Positions 12,110 through 22,517 of a DNA stretch of 64,000 bases are shown in pieces. This DNA comes from Histomonas meleagridis 2922-C6/04-290x. Lineage: Eukaryota; Protista; Parabasalia. Location of the stretch: contig JAANOX010000026.1 of assembly GCA_020184695.1 (NCBI GenBank), positions 124,001-188,000 on the forward strand, given 5' to 3'. Both the position numbers and the translations under genes were made by a program. A model generated the notes under the pieces. That model worked only from the letters and a program-made list of their open reading frames with translations, ran no database searches and was not told the origin of the DNA. Each line of letters opens with the position of its first letter. Position 1 is the stretch's first letter.

Positions 12110-13177
12110 ATGCTCAACCTGACAATTACATTACTTTCTCTTTCAAACAACTACGCTCGTTCTCCGCTTGTAGCATCATCAACGCGCTCAAATACTATAT
12201 TTAGCCACTCAAGGTTCACAAATTTTGTTTCTCCATTATTCCTTTCAAAAATTCTTGGTGCCAATTTGTTAATGAAGAATATTTTCGTTGCTAACGCCGA
12301 AAATTGTGTTTCCTTACCGACACAATCTGCAAGTGGAACACTTTCTGAAAGTTGTTATCAAGCATCACTATACACCATTTCAAGTGGCTTTGAATACACA
12401 TACTACTACGACTTCGCAAGTACAGAAGTTACAATCACGGATTCTGTCTTTCAAAATTGCGTTGCTTCTAACGGAGGTTTATCTGTGATTCATGGTACTT
12501 CTGTTTCATTCCACATGAGCAACTGTACAGCCATTAGCTGTGGCCCTTCATTTTGTATATTCACAAATCCATTCAACAATTCTTATGTTAAGTCATCCAT
12601 TTTTGTCAACTGTGGAAACACAGGAAACTCAATTTTCTCACTTGATCAAGGACGTTTTAGCTTTAGTGATGTTATTTTTGTGGTCAACAACACCCAAAAG
12701 CCAACTTGTATATCAATAACTAATTCAATTGTTTCAATCAACTTTACAGTATTCAACCAAACTGCTTCAGGCATTACCGTTGTATCATCTTCAAGTTCCA
12801 TGGAGTTCATTTTATCAAATTGTGATTTCATGAGCAATTCCAAAATCTCACTTAGAAGTTATACAATCGCAATGTTATCTTCTTGCTGCTTCACCAGTAG
12901 CACAGAGAATGTTATTGATACTGATGCAAGTTCAAAATACTCATTAGATAATGTCAATTTCAACGAGTCATGTCCAATCAACAACGCAACAGCTTCGCTC
13001 TCACAGGAGAAACAGGCATATGCAATCGTTACTATTGTAGTTTTCATTTTTTGCTTCGCAGCACTTTTCATTACATTAATTGCTTTAGTGTTCTGCAAAG
13101 TCGGAAGCGACGAAACACCGAAGTATGGACAGTTACATGACGAAGGTGATGATGAAACCTCTGGTGAGGAAAATTAA
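12110..13177 (+). CDS. Type I membrane surface protein, Ser/Asn/Cys-rich ectodomain (possible beta-helix)
   Basis: Signal-peptide-like start MLNLTITLLSLS at ATG 12110 (track start 11951 is GTG); C-terminal TM helix; acidic tail with YGQL (YxxPhi). Confidence 0.65.
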   Translation: MLNLTITLLSLSNNYARSPLVASSTRSNTIFSHSRFTNFVSPLFLSKILGANLLMKNIFVANAENCVSLPTQSASGTLSESCYQASLYTISSGFEYTYYYDFASTEVTITDSVFQNCVASNGGLSVIHGTSVSFHMSNCTAISCGPSFCIFTNPFNNSYVKSSIFVNCGNTGNSIFSLDQGRFSFSDVIFVVNNTQKPTCISITNSIVSINFTVFNQTASGITVVSSSSSMEFILSNCDFMSNSKISLRSYTIAMLSSCCFTSSTENVIDTDASSKYSLDNVNFNESCPINNATASLSQEKQAYAIVTIVVFIFCFAALFITLIALVFCKVGSDETPKYGQLHDEGDDETSGEEN

Positions 13178-13521
13178 TATGTCATACATAAAAAACATGT
13201 TCATATTTTGGGGCACCCCATTCTTTTCTGTATAAATTAATCGTTATGTTCCAAAAATGAAACTTGTTAATAGTTCCATCAAAAACTATATTAACTGAGA
13301 GTCATAGCTTTTTTACATGATTATGATGTTAAATTGTTTAAAACATGAAAGAACACAATTTGAAAATTGGGTTAATTTGAAGAAGAAAAAAGACATTTTA
13401 TTTATTCGAAATAATTTAAATCTCAGATTGTATGAATCTGTTTTTGCTTTATCAACTAAGCAATGTGTTGATTATTTGATTTGTATTAAATAAATACAAA
13501 AATTATAGAGACAGTTATTTA

Positions 13522-15336
13522 TTAATTCATTAATTGATTTTTAGGTACAGATCTGAAATAAGCGATAGCAAACGAGACAATATTAAATACGCATTGATAT
13601 AGCAGCCGTGGTGCAAACACGCTCCACATCATTAAGTGGTAAGAGCTAAACAAAATGAAAGCAAACAAACAAAGCAAGTCCAACGTTCTATATGTAATCA
13701 ACAGCATATAATTTTCCACAAAAACATTTGCAATTATATCACACAAGAAAGTATTCAAGAACACCAAAACAGGCGAAATTATATAATTATAAGAACCAAA
13801 CACAAATCCCGCGTCTATATTCAAAGAAGAAAGAGTACATTGATGTCCCATTGCAAAAAATCCACAAAGAGCAAAAAAGTGAACGAATTCAGTTAATTTT
13901 CTTGATTTAAGTATCATCCAAACATATAAAACAAAAGGAATAATATATTTATCACCAATTAATCTTATTAATCCGAAATTATACTTCGATTCAATATGAA
14001 AATATGGCATCCAAACTCTCATATGAGAATCTTCACGAGCCATTCCAAAGAATCCAATAATTCTTGGAACAAAAGATAATGAAATTATTCCGGAAAAAAA
14101 TTGCACAATTAAATTCTCTGCAAATATGAAAGAATCACTAAGTAATGATAATGAATGAATAATTGGTAAAATCGATTTTGGCCTTGGTAATAAGAATAAT
14201 GATAAACAAACTAAAATAGTTCCAAATATCATTGGTATCATGTCAATACTTGCAGTTTTCTTTTTGTAATAATTTAATGTTTCATTCATGTCTTCTAACA
14301 TAATGTTATCTTGTTCTAATAACTTTTGGAATTGTTTATAATTATATTCTTTAGCTAACTCGGGTTCATAAGGAAAGAAATCAGTAATAACACTTCCGAC
14401 ATTTGTAATTGGAATTGGAAACTCAAAAAGTAATGAAATCGTTGGGCAAATATCGATTTGATTTATTGTGGAATTTATCTTTTGAGTAAATATATCTTTT
14501 GGAGAATAGCCAAAAAGAAAAGAAGATGTTTCACTATATGATGCGCCTCCATGTGAACCATCATCAGTCATTCCATGATCACTCATTATAATTAATAAGT
14601 CATCTTTATTAAGCATCTTCATAATCTTCTCAATAAAGATATCATATTCTTCAATTCGTTGTTTGATTTCATTCGATGTGAAACTTAACACATGAGAAAT
14701 ATGATCAATACCAAGAAAATGTGAAATTATTAATGACGAATCATTACGGATTAATAAATTTGGTAACGTTTCATATATTTTGTTATCAGCTGTATCGAAA
14801 TCATGTACATCAAATGATGGAACTGTATATTGGAATCGTATTAAATCCCCAAATAATGAAAGCCATGTTTCATCACCAATTACTGTAACATTTCCTGTGT
14901 CGGAAAAAGGTATAAGAAAGGAATCTGTTGACGCTCGATGTGTAGTATCAAAGTTGTTACTGATTTCTATAAAAACTGGAAGGGTTCCTGTGCAAATACT
15001 TTTAATCCGTTGTAATGTGGCGGTTGGGGGATCGGAATATGTATGATAAAAAAGAGAATGATTGGAATAATTTAATGTGCGATGAAGATACATTGATGCA
15101 TAATCATATCGAAGCCCATCAAGTATCATAAAAATTAATCGATTAAATTTAGGTGAATTATGAAATTTAGGAATTTCATAATTATGTATTCCAATTTCAT
15201 GTCTGATATATAGAAACCCTTTAAGGAAGAATAATATCCCCGTTATTTGAAGGATTGATATAATGAAGATTTTTTTATTCAGGATTGTGTGAAGTGAACA
15301 GAGACTCTGAAATTTTCTGGAAATAAATTTCGCCAA
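13522..15336 (-). CDS. PIGO: GPI ethanolamine-phosphate transferase, PIG-O/Gpi13-like
   Basis: MILDGLRYD, DPPTATLQR, GDETW, SHFLGIDH, SDHGMTDDGSHGG, QIDICPT and C-terminal HLMMWSVFAPR motifs. Start uncertain (track start is TTG). Confidence 0.8.
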   Translation of the reverse strand: MAKFISRKFQSLCSLHTILNKKIFIISILQITGILFFLKGFLYIRHEIGIHNYEIPKFHNSPKFNRLIFMILDGLRYDYASMYLHRTLNYSNHSLFYHTYSDPPTATLQRIKSICTGTLPVFIEISNNFDTTHRASTDSFLIPFSDTGNVTVIGDETWLSLFGDLIRFQYTVPSFDVHDFDTADNKIYETLPNLLIRNDSSLIISHFLGIDHISHVLSFTSNEIKQRIEEYDIFIEKIMKMLNKDDLLIIMSDHGMTDDGSHGGASYSETSSFLFGYSPKDIFTQKINSTINQIDICPTISLLFEFPIPITNVGSVITDFFPYEPELAKEYNYKQFQKLLEQDNIMLEDMNETLNYYKKKTASIDMIPMIFGTILVCLSLFLLPRPKSILPIIHSLSLLSDSFIFAENLIVQFFSGIISLSFVPRIIGFFGMAREDSHMRVWMPYFHIESKYNFGLIRLIGDKYIIPFVLYVWMILKSRKLTEFVHFFALCGFFAMGHQCTLSSLNIDAGFVFGSYNYIISPVLVFLNTFLCDIIANVFVENYMLLITYRTLDLLCLFAFILFSSYHLMMWSVFAPRLLYQCVFNIVSFAIAYFRSVPKNQLMN

Positions 15337-15900
15337 AAACCAAATTTTCTTGCGTTTTATTTAAGATATCTTAGAGAAAATCATATAAACCAACACCCTA
15401 TTAGCAAAAGAAAAAGTTTGCATATCCAAATATCCAAAAATTTTATGAAATTTTGATGATTGTTTATTTGGGAAAACTGGTTCAATCTAACAACTTTCGG
15501 TATCATTTGTGTTTAAAAGTGCACTTTGCTTTTGGTTCAACGTGGCTCGTCAATAAAATATTTTTCTTCATCGAGTAAATCTGTTAATTATATAATTTTT
15601 CTTGAGTCACTCTTGTTTTGATCTTTTATTAGTTAAATCTAAAATTATGTTATGAAAGGTGTCAATTTTTGAAACATTAATTTATATATAAATTCATCTA
15701 ATTCTGTATTAAAAATCTTATGATAATTTGTATTTACTAAATTTTAAGTTTGCTGTGCTTTATATTTAATGAAAAAAATTATCATAAATGATAATAGTTA
15801 AATAAAGTCAATAAAAGGGAAATTTTTGATGAATATCTTTTTGTAATTCCAATTCATGTAAATTCAACATAAGCATATTTTTATTTATTATCATACATCT

Positions 15901-17964
15901 TTACAAACATCTATTTTGTAAGTCGAGTCTTATTCTTATCATCAAGTTCTTAAATTCGTCCTCATCTATATCTCCTACGTCAATTCCATAAAATGCACCG
16001 ACTTGTTCCACAACGTATTGCATTAGTTCTTCTTTTTCTCCTCTCATTTTTGCCTTTTCTTTTTCTCTTTCCGCATGAAGTCTCGTTTCCACCGCGAGTA
16101 CTTTCGCGACGGCTTCATTATGTGCGGCAGTTCTTTCTCTTCCGATCATTTCGTTATATGTTTGAACTTTTCTTTCTGCGATTTCCACTGCGACTTTCAG
16201 TTGTGTATTTGCATCATTCAATGCTTGATTTCGTTTTTCGCTTACTGAAAGTGCATCTGCGATTTGCTTCGATACTTTTTCAAGTTGAATTATTTTCTCT
16301 TTCATTTTTTGGACTGTTTCGTCGTTACTATTTTCTTTTATTAAGAATTCATTTGATTGTTTTTGTAATTCATTTTTATATTCTTTTAATAAATGTTTTA
16401 TTCGTTTTTTATATTTTTGGATGACATAATTTTCATGTTCTTTACACTTAGTATATGAATCTTGTAAAACTTGGATTTTAGTATTAAATGATTTCTCCAT
16501 TTGTTTCATTTGAAGAGAATTTTGTATATTATTTTGTTGTATTTGTGTTTCAAGTTGTTGAATTTTATTACATTTTTCTTTTATGTTATTTTGTAAGTTT
16601 TGTATTTCTTTCACATTTTGTGCCTTTCGTTTATCTTCAAGGAATTTAACTTCGACTTTTAATGTATCATTTTGTTTCTTTAAATCGTTATTCGTTAATT
16701 CTAATTGTTTAATTTTGTTATTATAATCAATTTCATGATTATTAAATGTTATTGATTGTTGTTGTGATTCAGTTAATGCTTCTGTTAACTCAATGTTTGA
16801 AGCTTTAGTTTTTTCATATTTTTTGATTATTGTTTTAATTTTCGTTGGAACTTCTTCAAGTTTTGTACAGCCAAAACTATGAACTAAATCCATAAATTCT
16901 TCTTTTTTACTTAATGAATTTAGGCAACGATTCAGTTGTTGATTAAGATAATTATTTATTATTAATAATGATGAGATAAATGCATCACTACGTTCATCAT
17001 GATAAATAAGTTTTTCGAGAATTTGACGACGATTTTCATATGAAAACAAATAAAGCGGATGCGATTTAATATCAATTGATTCTTCAATGATCTTGAAATC
17101 AAGTGACTTTTCAGTCATTAAATGAATAAATGATTCATTTAATGTACCAAACGATTTTTCGTTTATTTGATATTCTTTTAAAATTAACTTCTTAAGTTCG
17201 CTAATGATTTGGATAAATATTTCGTTTGTATTATTTTGTATTTGTTGCGCTTTTTGGGTTTCGGATTTAAATAATGCAAATTCGTTTTGAAGTTTCGCAT
17301 ATTCCGAGTTTTGTTCTTCAATTGTTTTGTCCGCAAATTGAAGAAGTTGTTCGACTTTTTGGAGATCAACATAACGAAAAGATGTTAACAATTCGCTCCA
17401 TTGTTTTTGAAGGGTTTTGTTGTGGAAATTAACTTTGAGATCTTTAAGAGTAAATGTGGAACCACTTTTGGTTCTCATTTTGTTGATCTTGGATTTAAGT
17501 TGTTGATTCTCTCGTGAATAATCAGTAAGAGAAGATTCTGACCTACATGCTAAAGAATAGGTTGATTGTATTAAGGATATTAATCGTGTGCGTTGATTTG
17601 TAAGATTTTTTATTTCTTTTTGTTGCTGAGTCATTTGGATATTGAGAGTATCTATTGATTTCTTAAGATTTTCGTTTTCAGATTTTAATGATTTCCAAGC
17701 AGATTCGCCTTCAACATGTGAAGCATGAGCAACATTTAGTTGAGTTTTTAAAAGTTCACAATCTTCTTGTAATGAGTGAACTGTTGATTTTAGTCTTTCA
17801 TTTTCAATTGAAAGTTCTTTTATTCTTTCATTTGCTTTATTACTTATTTCTTTCAATTCTTTGTATTTTGAATGATATCTTTTTGCTGCATGAATATATT
17901 TGTGTTCTTCAGATTTTGGTGACTTGGGGCTGGTTGGACTTCCAGAATATCTGCTAAAAGACAT
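15901..17964 (-). CDS. Coiled-coil protein (687 aa)
   Basis: Heptad-rich K/E/Q/N composition; SP-rich N-terminus. Confidence 0.75.
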   Translation of the reverse strand: MSFSRYSGSPTSPKSPKSEEHKYIHAAKRYHSKYKELKEISNKANERIKELSIENERLKSTVHSLQEDCELLKTQLNVAHASHVEGESAWKSLKSENENLKKSIDTLNIQMTQQQKEIKNLTNQRTRLISLIQSTYSLACRSESSLTDYSRENQQLKSKINKMRTKSGSTFTLKDLKVNFHNKTLQKQWSELLTSFRYVDLQKVEQLLQFADKTIEEQNSEYAKLQNEFALFKSETQKAQQIQNNTNEIFIQIISELKKLILKEYQINEKSFGTLNESFIHLMTEKSLDFKIIEESIDIKSHPLYLFSYENRRQILEKLIYHDERSDAFISSLLIINNYLNQQLNRCLNSLSKKEEFMDLVHSFGCTKLEEVPTKIKTIIKKYEKTKASNIELTEALTESQQQSITFNNHEIDYNNKIKQLELTNNDLKKQNDTLKVEVKFLEDKRKAQNVKEIQNLQNNIKEKCNKIQQLETQIQQNNIQNSLQMKQMEKSFNTKIQVLQDSYTKCKEHENYVIQKYKKRIKHLLKEYKNELQKQSNEFLIKENSNDETVQKMKEKIIQLEKVSKQIADALSVSEKRNQALNDANTQLKVAVEIAERKVQTYNEMIGRERTAAHNEAVAKVLAVETRLHAEREKEKAKMRGEKEELMQYVVEQVGAFYGIDVGDIDEDEFKNLMIRIRLDLQNRCL

Positions 17965-18297
17965 GCAAAGCAGTTTCCCTTTTTTCTGGTTGACAGGAAA
18001 AGTGACAAAAAGGCGCGTTTTTTTATTTTGTCTTTGTCACTTTTTCTCTATGAAGTAAAGTATCGAATACTCAAGACGATATTAAATTTTAAACAAATTT
18101 CGCAAAAAAAAAAGCAAATTGAAAAAAAATCTTCAAAAGCATCTTTTAATAAAACATTCTTAAATAAAATAACATTACTTTAACATATATTAAATATATG
18201 AATGAAAATTTGTATACCGAAAAGTTAAAACACTTCGTTTAAATATCATTTTATTTCGGGTAAGAAAATCTGAATGATCTTTCAATACCGTTTTTCG

Positions 18298-20150
18298 TCA
18301 TTTGGGGTTTTGATATTGCAATAACATATTAGCAATTTCTGTGTGTCCATTTTTAGTTGCACGTATAAGTGCTGTTTCAAAAAATTCAAATAATTTCCAA
18401 ATATTATTTCCAAACAAATAATTATTAAAATAAATTGAAATTCAAAGATATAAATATTTTCAGCATTAATATCGATTCCTTTGTGGTCAAGAAGTAATTT
18501 CACTATTTCTGAATAACCATATCTTGATCCTAACATAAGTGCTGTCCAAAATATTTTAAATAATTTCCAGATATTATTTTTATATACTAAATTATTAAAA
18601 TAAATAATAAATAAAACAAACAAAAATTTTTAGCATTAACATCAATTCCTTTATGTTGGAGAAGTAGTTGAACTATTATTACATAATCTTTTTCAGTTGC
18701 AAACATAAGTGCTGTTTGAAATAATTTAAATAATTTCCAAATATTATTTTGAAATATAAAATTATTAAAATAAATAATAAATAAAACAAAAAAATATCTT
18801 TAGCATTAACATCAATTCCTTCTTGTTCAAGAAGTAATTTAACAATTTCTGCATTACCTTTTTTTGAAGCTTTTATAAGAATTGTTTCATATAGCATAAA
18901 AGAATTCTAATACTGAGTATAAAAATCCTTATCATTAACATTAAATACTTTTTTCTCGAGTAAATACCGTATGAATTAGATATTATTTGAGCTCAACAAT
19001 GAAAAAAAGAAAGTTCTTGGATATTTATTTCCATTAAGAAAATATTTTCCAATTTTAATATTTAGCATAGAATATGTTTCCAATTTTTGCGGCTTCGTTA
19101 ATAATAAGTGTATCTACTTCCATTCCATCATTTTCCAAAAGTGATAAAATCTCATAGTTATCATATTGAAGACAAAATCTTCCAATGTAAGTTAAATTAC
19201 TGATTTCTTCAATTTTGTTTTCATAAAGATAATGAAAAGCTTCATTCCGATGAAAATGGATTGCTGTTTCATATGTATCTTTAAACGATGAATGGTTTTG
19301 TTCACACAAGTGAATTATCTCTAAATTTCCACCTGCAATTGCATATATACTTGTGTCATTTACATTTGCATTGTTCATAAGTAAATATTTAAAACATTTA
19401 ATAGATCCAAAAAATGCTGCATAATCAATTAATGTAACATATTCTTCATTAATAAAATCACATCTTTCATAAAGTGATGGGTTAATTATTTGATTAAAAT
19501 CAAAATTTGTTTGTGATGATATTTATTGAAGTTTTTCTATTTCATCATTTCGAATTATTTTTGCTATTTCATTTGGATTAACTCCTTCTTCAACATATTT
19601 CTTATGAAGTTCCCAATCATTTTCTTCAAAATTTTGTATTTCATCTCTAAAATTACTATTTATTTTATTATATTTTATTAAATTAAATGTTTCATTAGAT
19701 AAAAATTGTGCAAAATAAATCGAATTTTTTCTTTTAAGAATGCTTTTATTAACTAAATTATCTTCATACATCTTCATTAAAATATAATCAGATTCTCGTG
19801 AGGTTAATGATAGAATGAATTGTGTTAGTACATTGAGAATTCTATCAAAACTTTGATCAAAAATTTCTTCTTCTTTTTTATCGATTAGCTTCAAATAATC
19901 TAAATATATATTAATGTTTTTCCTTTGTGATATGAAAGACGCATATATTAATCGGCAAACCATTAGATGCCATGAATATGGAAAACTTTCAATAAATAAT
20001 TTCATTGTTGATTCATAAATTTCTTGAATATTATGTTCAATGAAAAAATATTTTGCTCAATTTGTTGTAAGTTTTGTATACATTCTTTATATGATATTGT
20101 ATCTTGGCTTTCTTCCATTTCTTCATTTTGCTTTAAATTTGCTTCGACAT
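18298..20150 (-). pseudogene. DUF3447-type ankyrin gene, locus B; disrupted N-terminal half; 4 loop inserts
   Basis: In-frame TAA in EKLQ*ISS at ~19523, further stops and frameshifts; inserts of 33, 74, 74 and 74 nt between ankyrin segments. Confidence 0.75.
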
Positions 20151-20582
20151 TATGACTAAAAGTGTTACCCATGTGTAAAAAAATGAAATGTCAAAAAAAC
20201 GTTCGACGCTGAAATTTTCAACTAATATTGTGGCGCACATTCAAATTTATTTTACGACATTCATTGTGCAGAATTATTGTTCGAACACTTTTTTTAGCAT
20301 TATATTATTTGTTTAATGTAAAAAATCATAATATATTATGAATGTAACCCTCAATATTATCAATTTATTCATATGATCTTGAAAATGATATGTAAAAATC
20401 AAAATAATTTGACAATTATATCACCATTCGATAATTTTTTTAATCTTAATGCTCAAACCAGTCGTAGTGATGGCATTTTGATATCGATAATTAACAAATA
20501 CATTGCTTACATGTATGCTAAATACTGAAATTTTAATTTCGACATTGTTATCGGTGAATTGAAAAGTGTCGGGGAACGTTTA

Positions 20583-21914
20583 ATGGCCCTTTCAATTTTT
20601 GAGGCATTTGAGAAGAGACATTTTTCGAAATCAATGAACTCGGCATCTGTCTTCCTCAACATTCCGTACCCGCCCAAGACTATGGACTGGCAACCAAAGC
20701 GCTCTCAAGTTGTTTCCGAAATAATTTCATCTGAAAGGCAGTACGTCCAACACTTATATCATTTCATATACGAATTTCGTGTCGCTCTAGCCAGTGTTTC
20801 AAAACAAGGTCTCATCAAGAATATCCCTGATACCACTGAAGATCTTTTTATGAAGATTGCACCAATTTACAAAATCAATTTGGCCTTTTTAACAATTCTC
20901 GAATCTTCTATCAAACCAGAGATTTTCCAATCAAAGATAGGCTATTGCTTCAACAGCTATGCAACAATATTTAAGATATATACTGATTATGCAACTGGTT
21001 TTAATGAAGGTGTATCCGCTCTTGAAAAGCAATTCCAAGAAGACCCTCACCTTGGCCCAGCCATTGAATCTTGCCAATCAAATGTAGGTATTACACTTCT
21101 CGAACTTCTTCGATGCCCAATTGAAAGAATCACCAGATACCGACTTCTTCTTCTCCAACTTCTTCGTGTTACTCCACGTGAACACAGCGACAGAGCCGAT
21201 TGTGTTGCAGCTTATATCCAACTCAGCCCAATGGCATCTCCATTCAAATCTCTCATCATTAAACAAGGTGAATCAACACTCAAAGCTCTCGATTCCAAGT
21301 ATCCTGGACTCAGTCTTCCCAACAAAGATCGCTTTTTAATGTTTGATTCAACCATGAAATGTTTCACAGGAACAAATGTCGAAACTTGTAAACTTTGGCT
21401 CTTTAATGACTGTGCAATGGTATCTATTCCCGCATCAGCTTCACCAGTATTATTCCCCATCAAGAACATCAAAGCTCGACATGTTGATGTTCCATCACCA
21501 TATGAAAATGGGGCCGATTTTCTCACTTCAATCGATAGCTTCAGAGTTGTCTTTGACTCCGCAAAGAGAAAAGAAGCCTTCATTGAGACCTGCAACAACA
21601 TCCGCATTGATCGTTCGATGGACGATACGACCGATAAGGAGGAACCGTTAGCACCTGTTTGGACATCACTGAGTGATGTTGTCGATTGCATGCTTTGCGG
21701 AAGAGGTTTTGGCCTTGTAACAAAGCGAATCCACTGCAACTTCTGCAGGAAGTGCTTCTGCAAGAGATGCATTACCGATGTGGACATCAAAGGCGGAAGA
21801 TTCAGAATATGTAAATCTTGCAAAGAAAGTGGATTGGGAAGCGAAGCATTGCCACATATGCTCATCGACTACTCTAAGAGTGGTGTTTTCGAGTTCCAAA
21901 GAAACAGTCAGTAA
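20583..21914 (+). CDS. RhoGEF (DH)-PH-FYVE protein, FGD-like
   Basis: EIISSERQYV...L and CPIERITRYRLLL DH motifs; WTSLSDVVDCMLC...HCNFCRKCFCKRC...RICKSC FYVE-like finger. First ATG at 20583. Confidence 0.85.
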   Translation: MALSIFEAFEKRHFSKSMNSASVFLNIPYPPKTMDWQPKRSQVVSEIISSERQYVQHLYHFIYEFRVALASVSKQGLIKNIPDTTEDLFMKIAPIYKINLAFLTILESSIKPEIFQSKIGYCFNSYATIFKIYTDYATGFNEGVSALEKQFQEDPHLGPAIESCQSNVGITLLELLRCPIERITRYRLLLLQLLRVTPREHSDRADCVAAYIQLSPMASPFKSLIIKQGESTLKALDSKYPGLSLPNKDRFLMFDSTMKCFTGTNVETCKLWLFNDCAMVSIPASASPVLFPIKNIKARHVDVPSPYENGADFLTSIDSFRVVFDSAKRKEAFIETCNNIRIDRSMDDTTDKEEPLAPVWTSLSDVVDCMLCGRGFGLVTKRIHCNFCRKCFCKRCITDVDIKGGRFRICKSCKESGLGSEALPHMLIDYSKSGVFEFQRNSQ

Positions 21915-22517
21915 ACATATTTCCGAAAATTCATTTTTATGAATATTTTCACGGTATTGGATATGAAATGTGAAAAATGAAAATTAAAATTTTTTCTTCA
22001 TTATGAATATCTGTAACATGTTTTGTCTTTCACAGATTGAGTTATTGCATAAGCAAGTGCTGTACTATATGATATGAATATTTTCCACATATTATTTTGA
22101 ATTTTTAACATTTACTCGTGTAAAAAGTTAAATATATCAGCAACTATGGCAGACACGAATTGCGTAAAAGTGATATTAATGTCAGCGTTCCAACGAACGA
22201 TTGAAATCCCTCTAAACCCACTTTTTGAGATAAGTGCATACAAAAATCAGCTGATCTTAAACGATCAAATTCCATTCATTCTAATTCATCACGTGATTCC
22301 CAACGATAGAATCAAATGAATGAAAATTCATCGGATTTATATTCAAATACTGAGGTGTTTGGGAAACCTTTCTGCAACCACTTTATATGGAAATTATTGT
22401 TTATAAATAAATTATTAAAAAATTAAAATCTTTTTCATTGTTTCATATGTACCAATATGAAATATTGAATGTATTAAAAACATTTTCTACCAATATATTT
22501 ATTTTATACAAATATAA

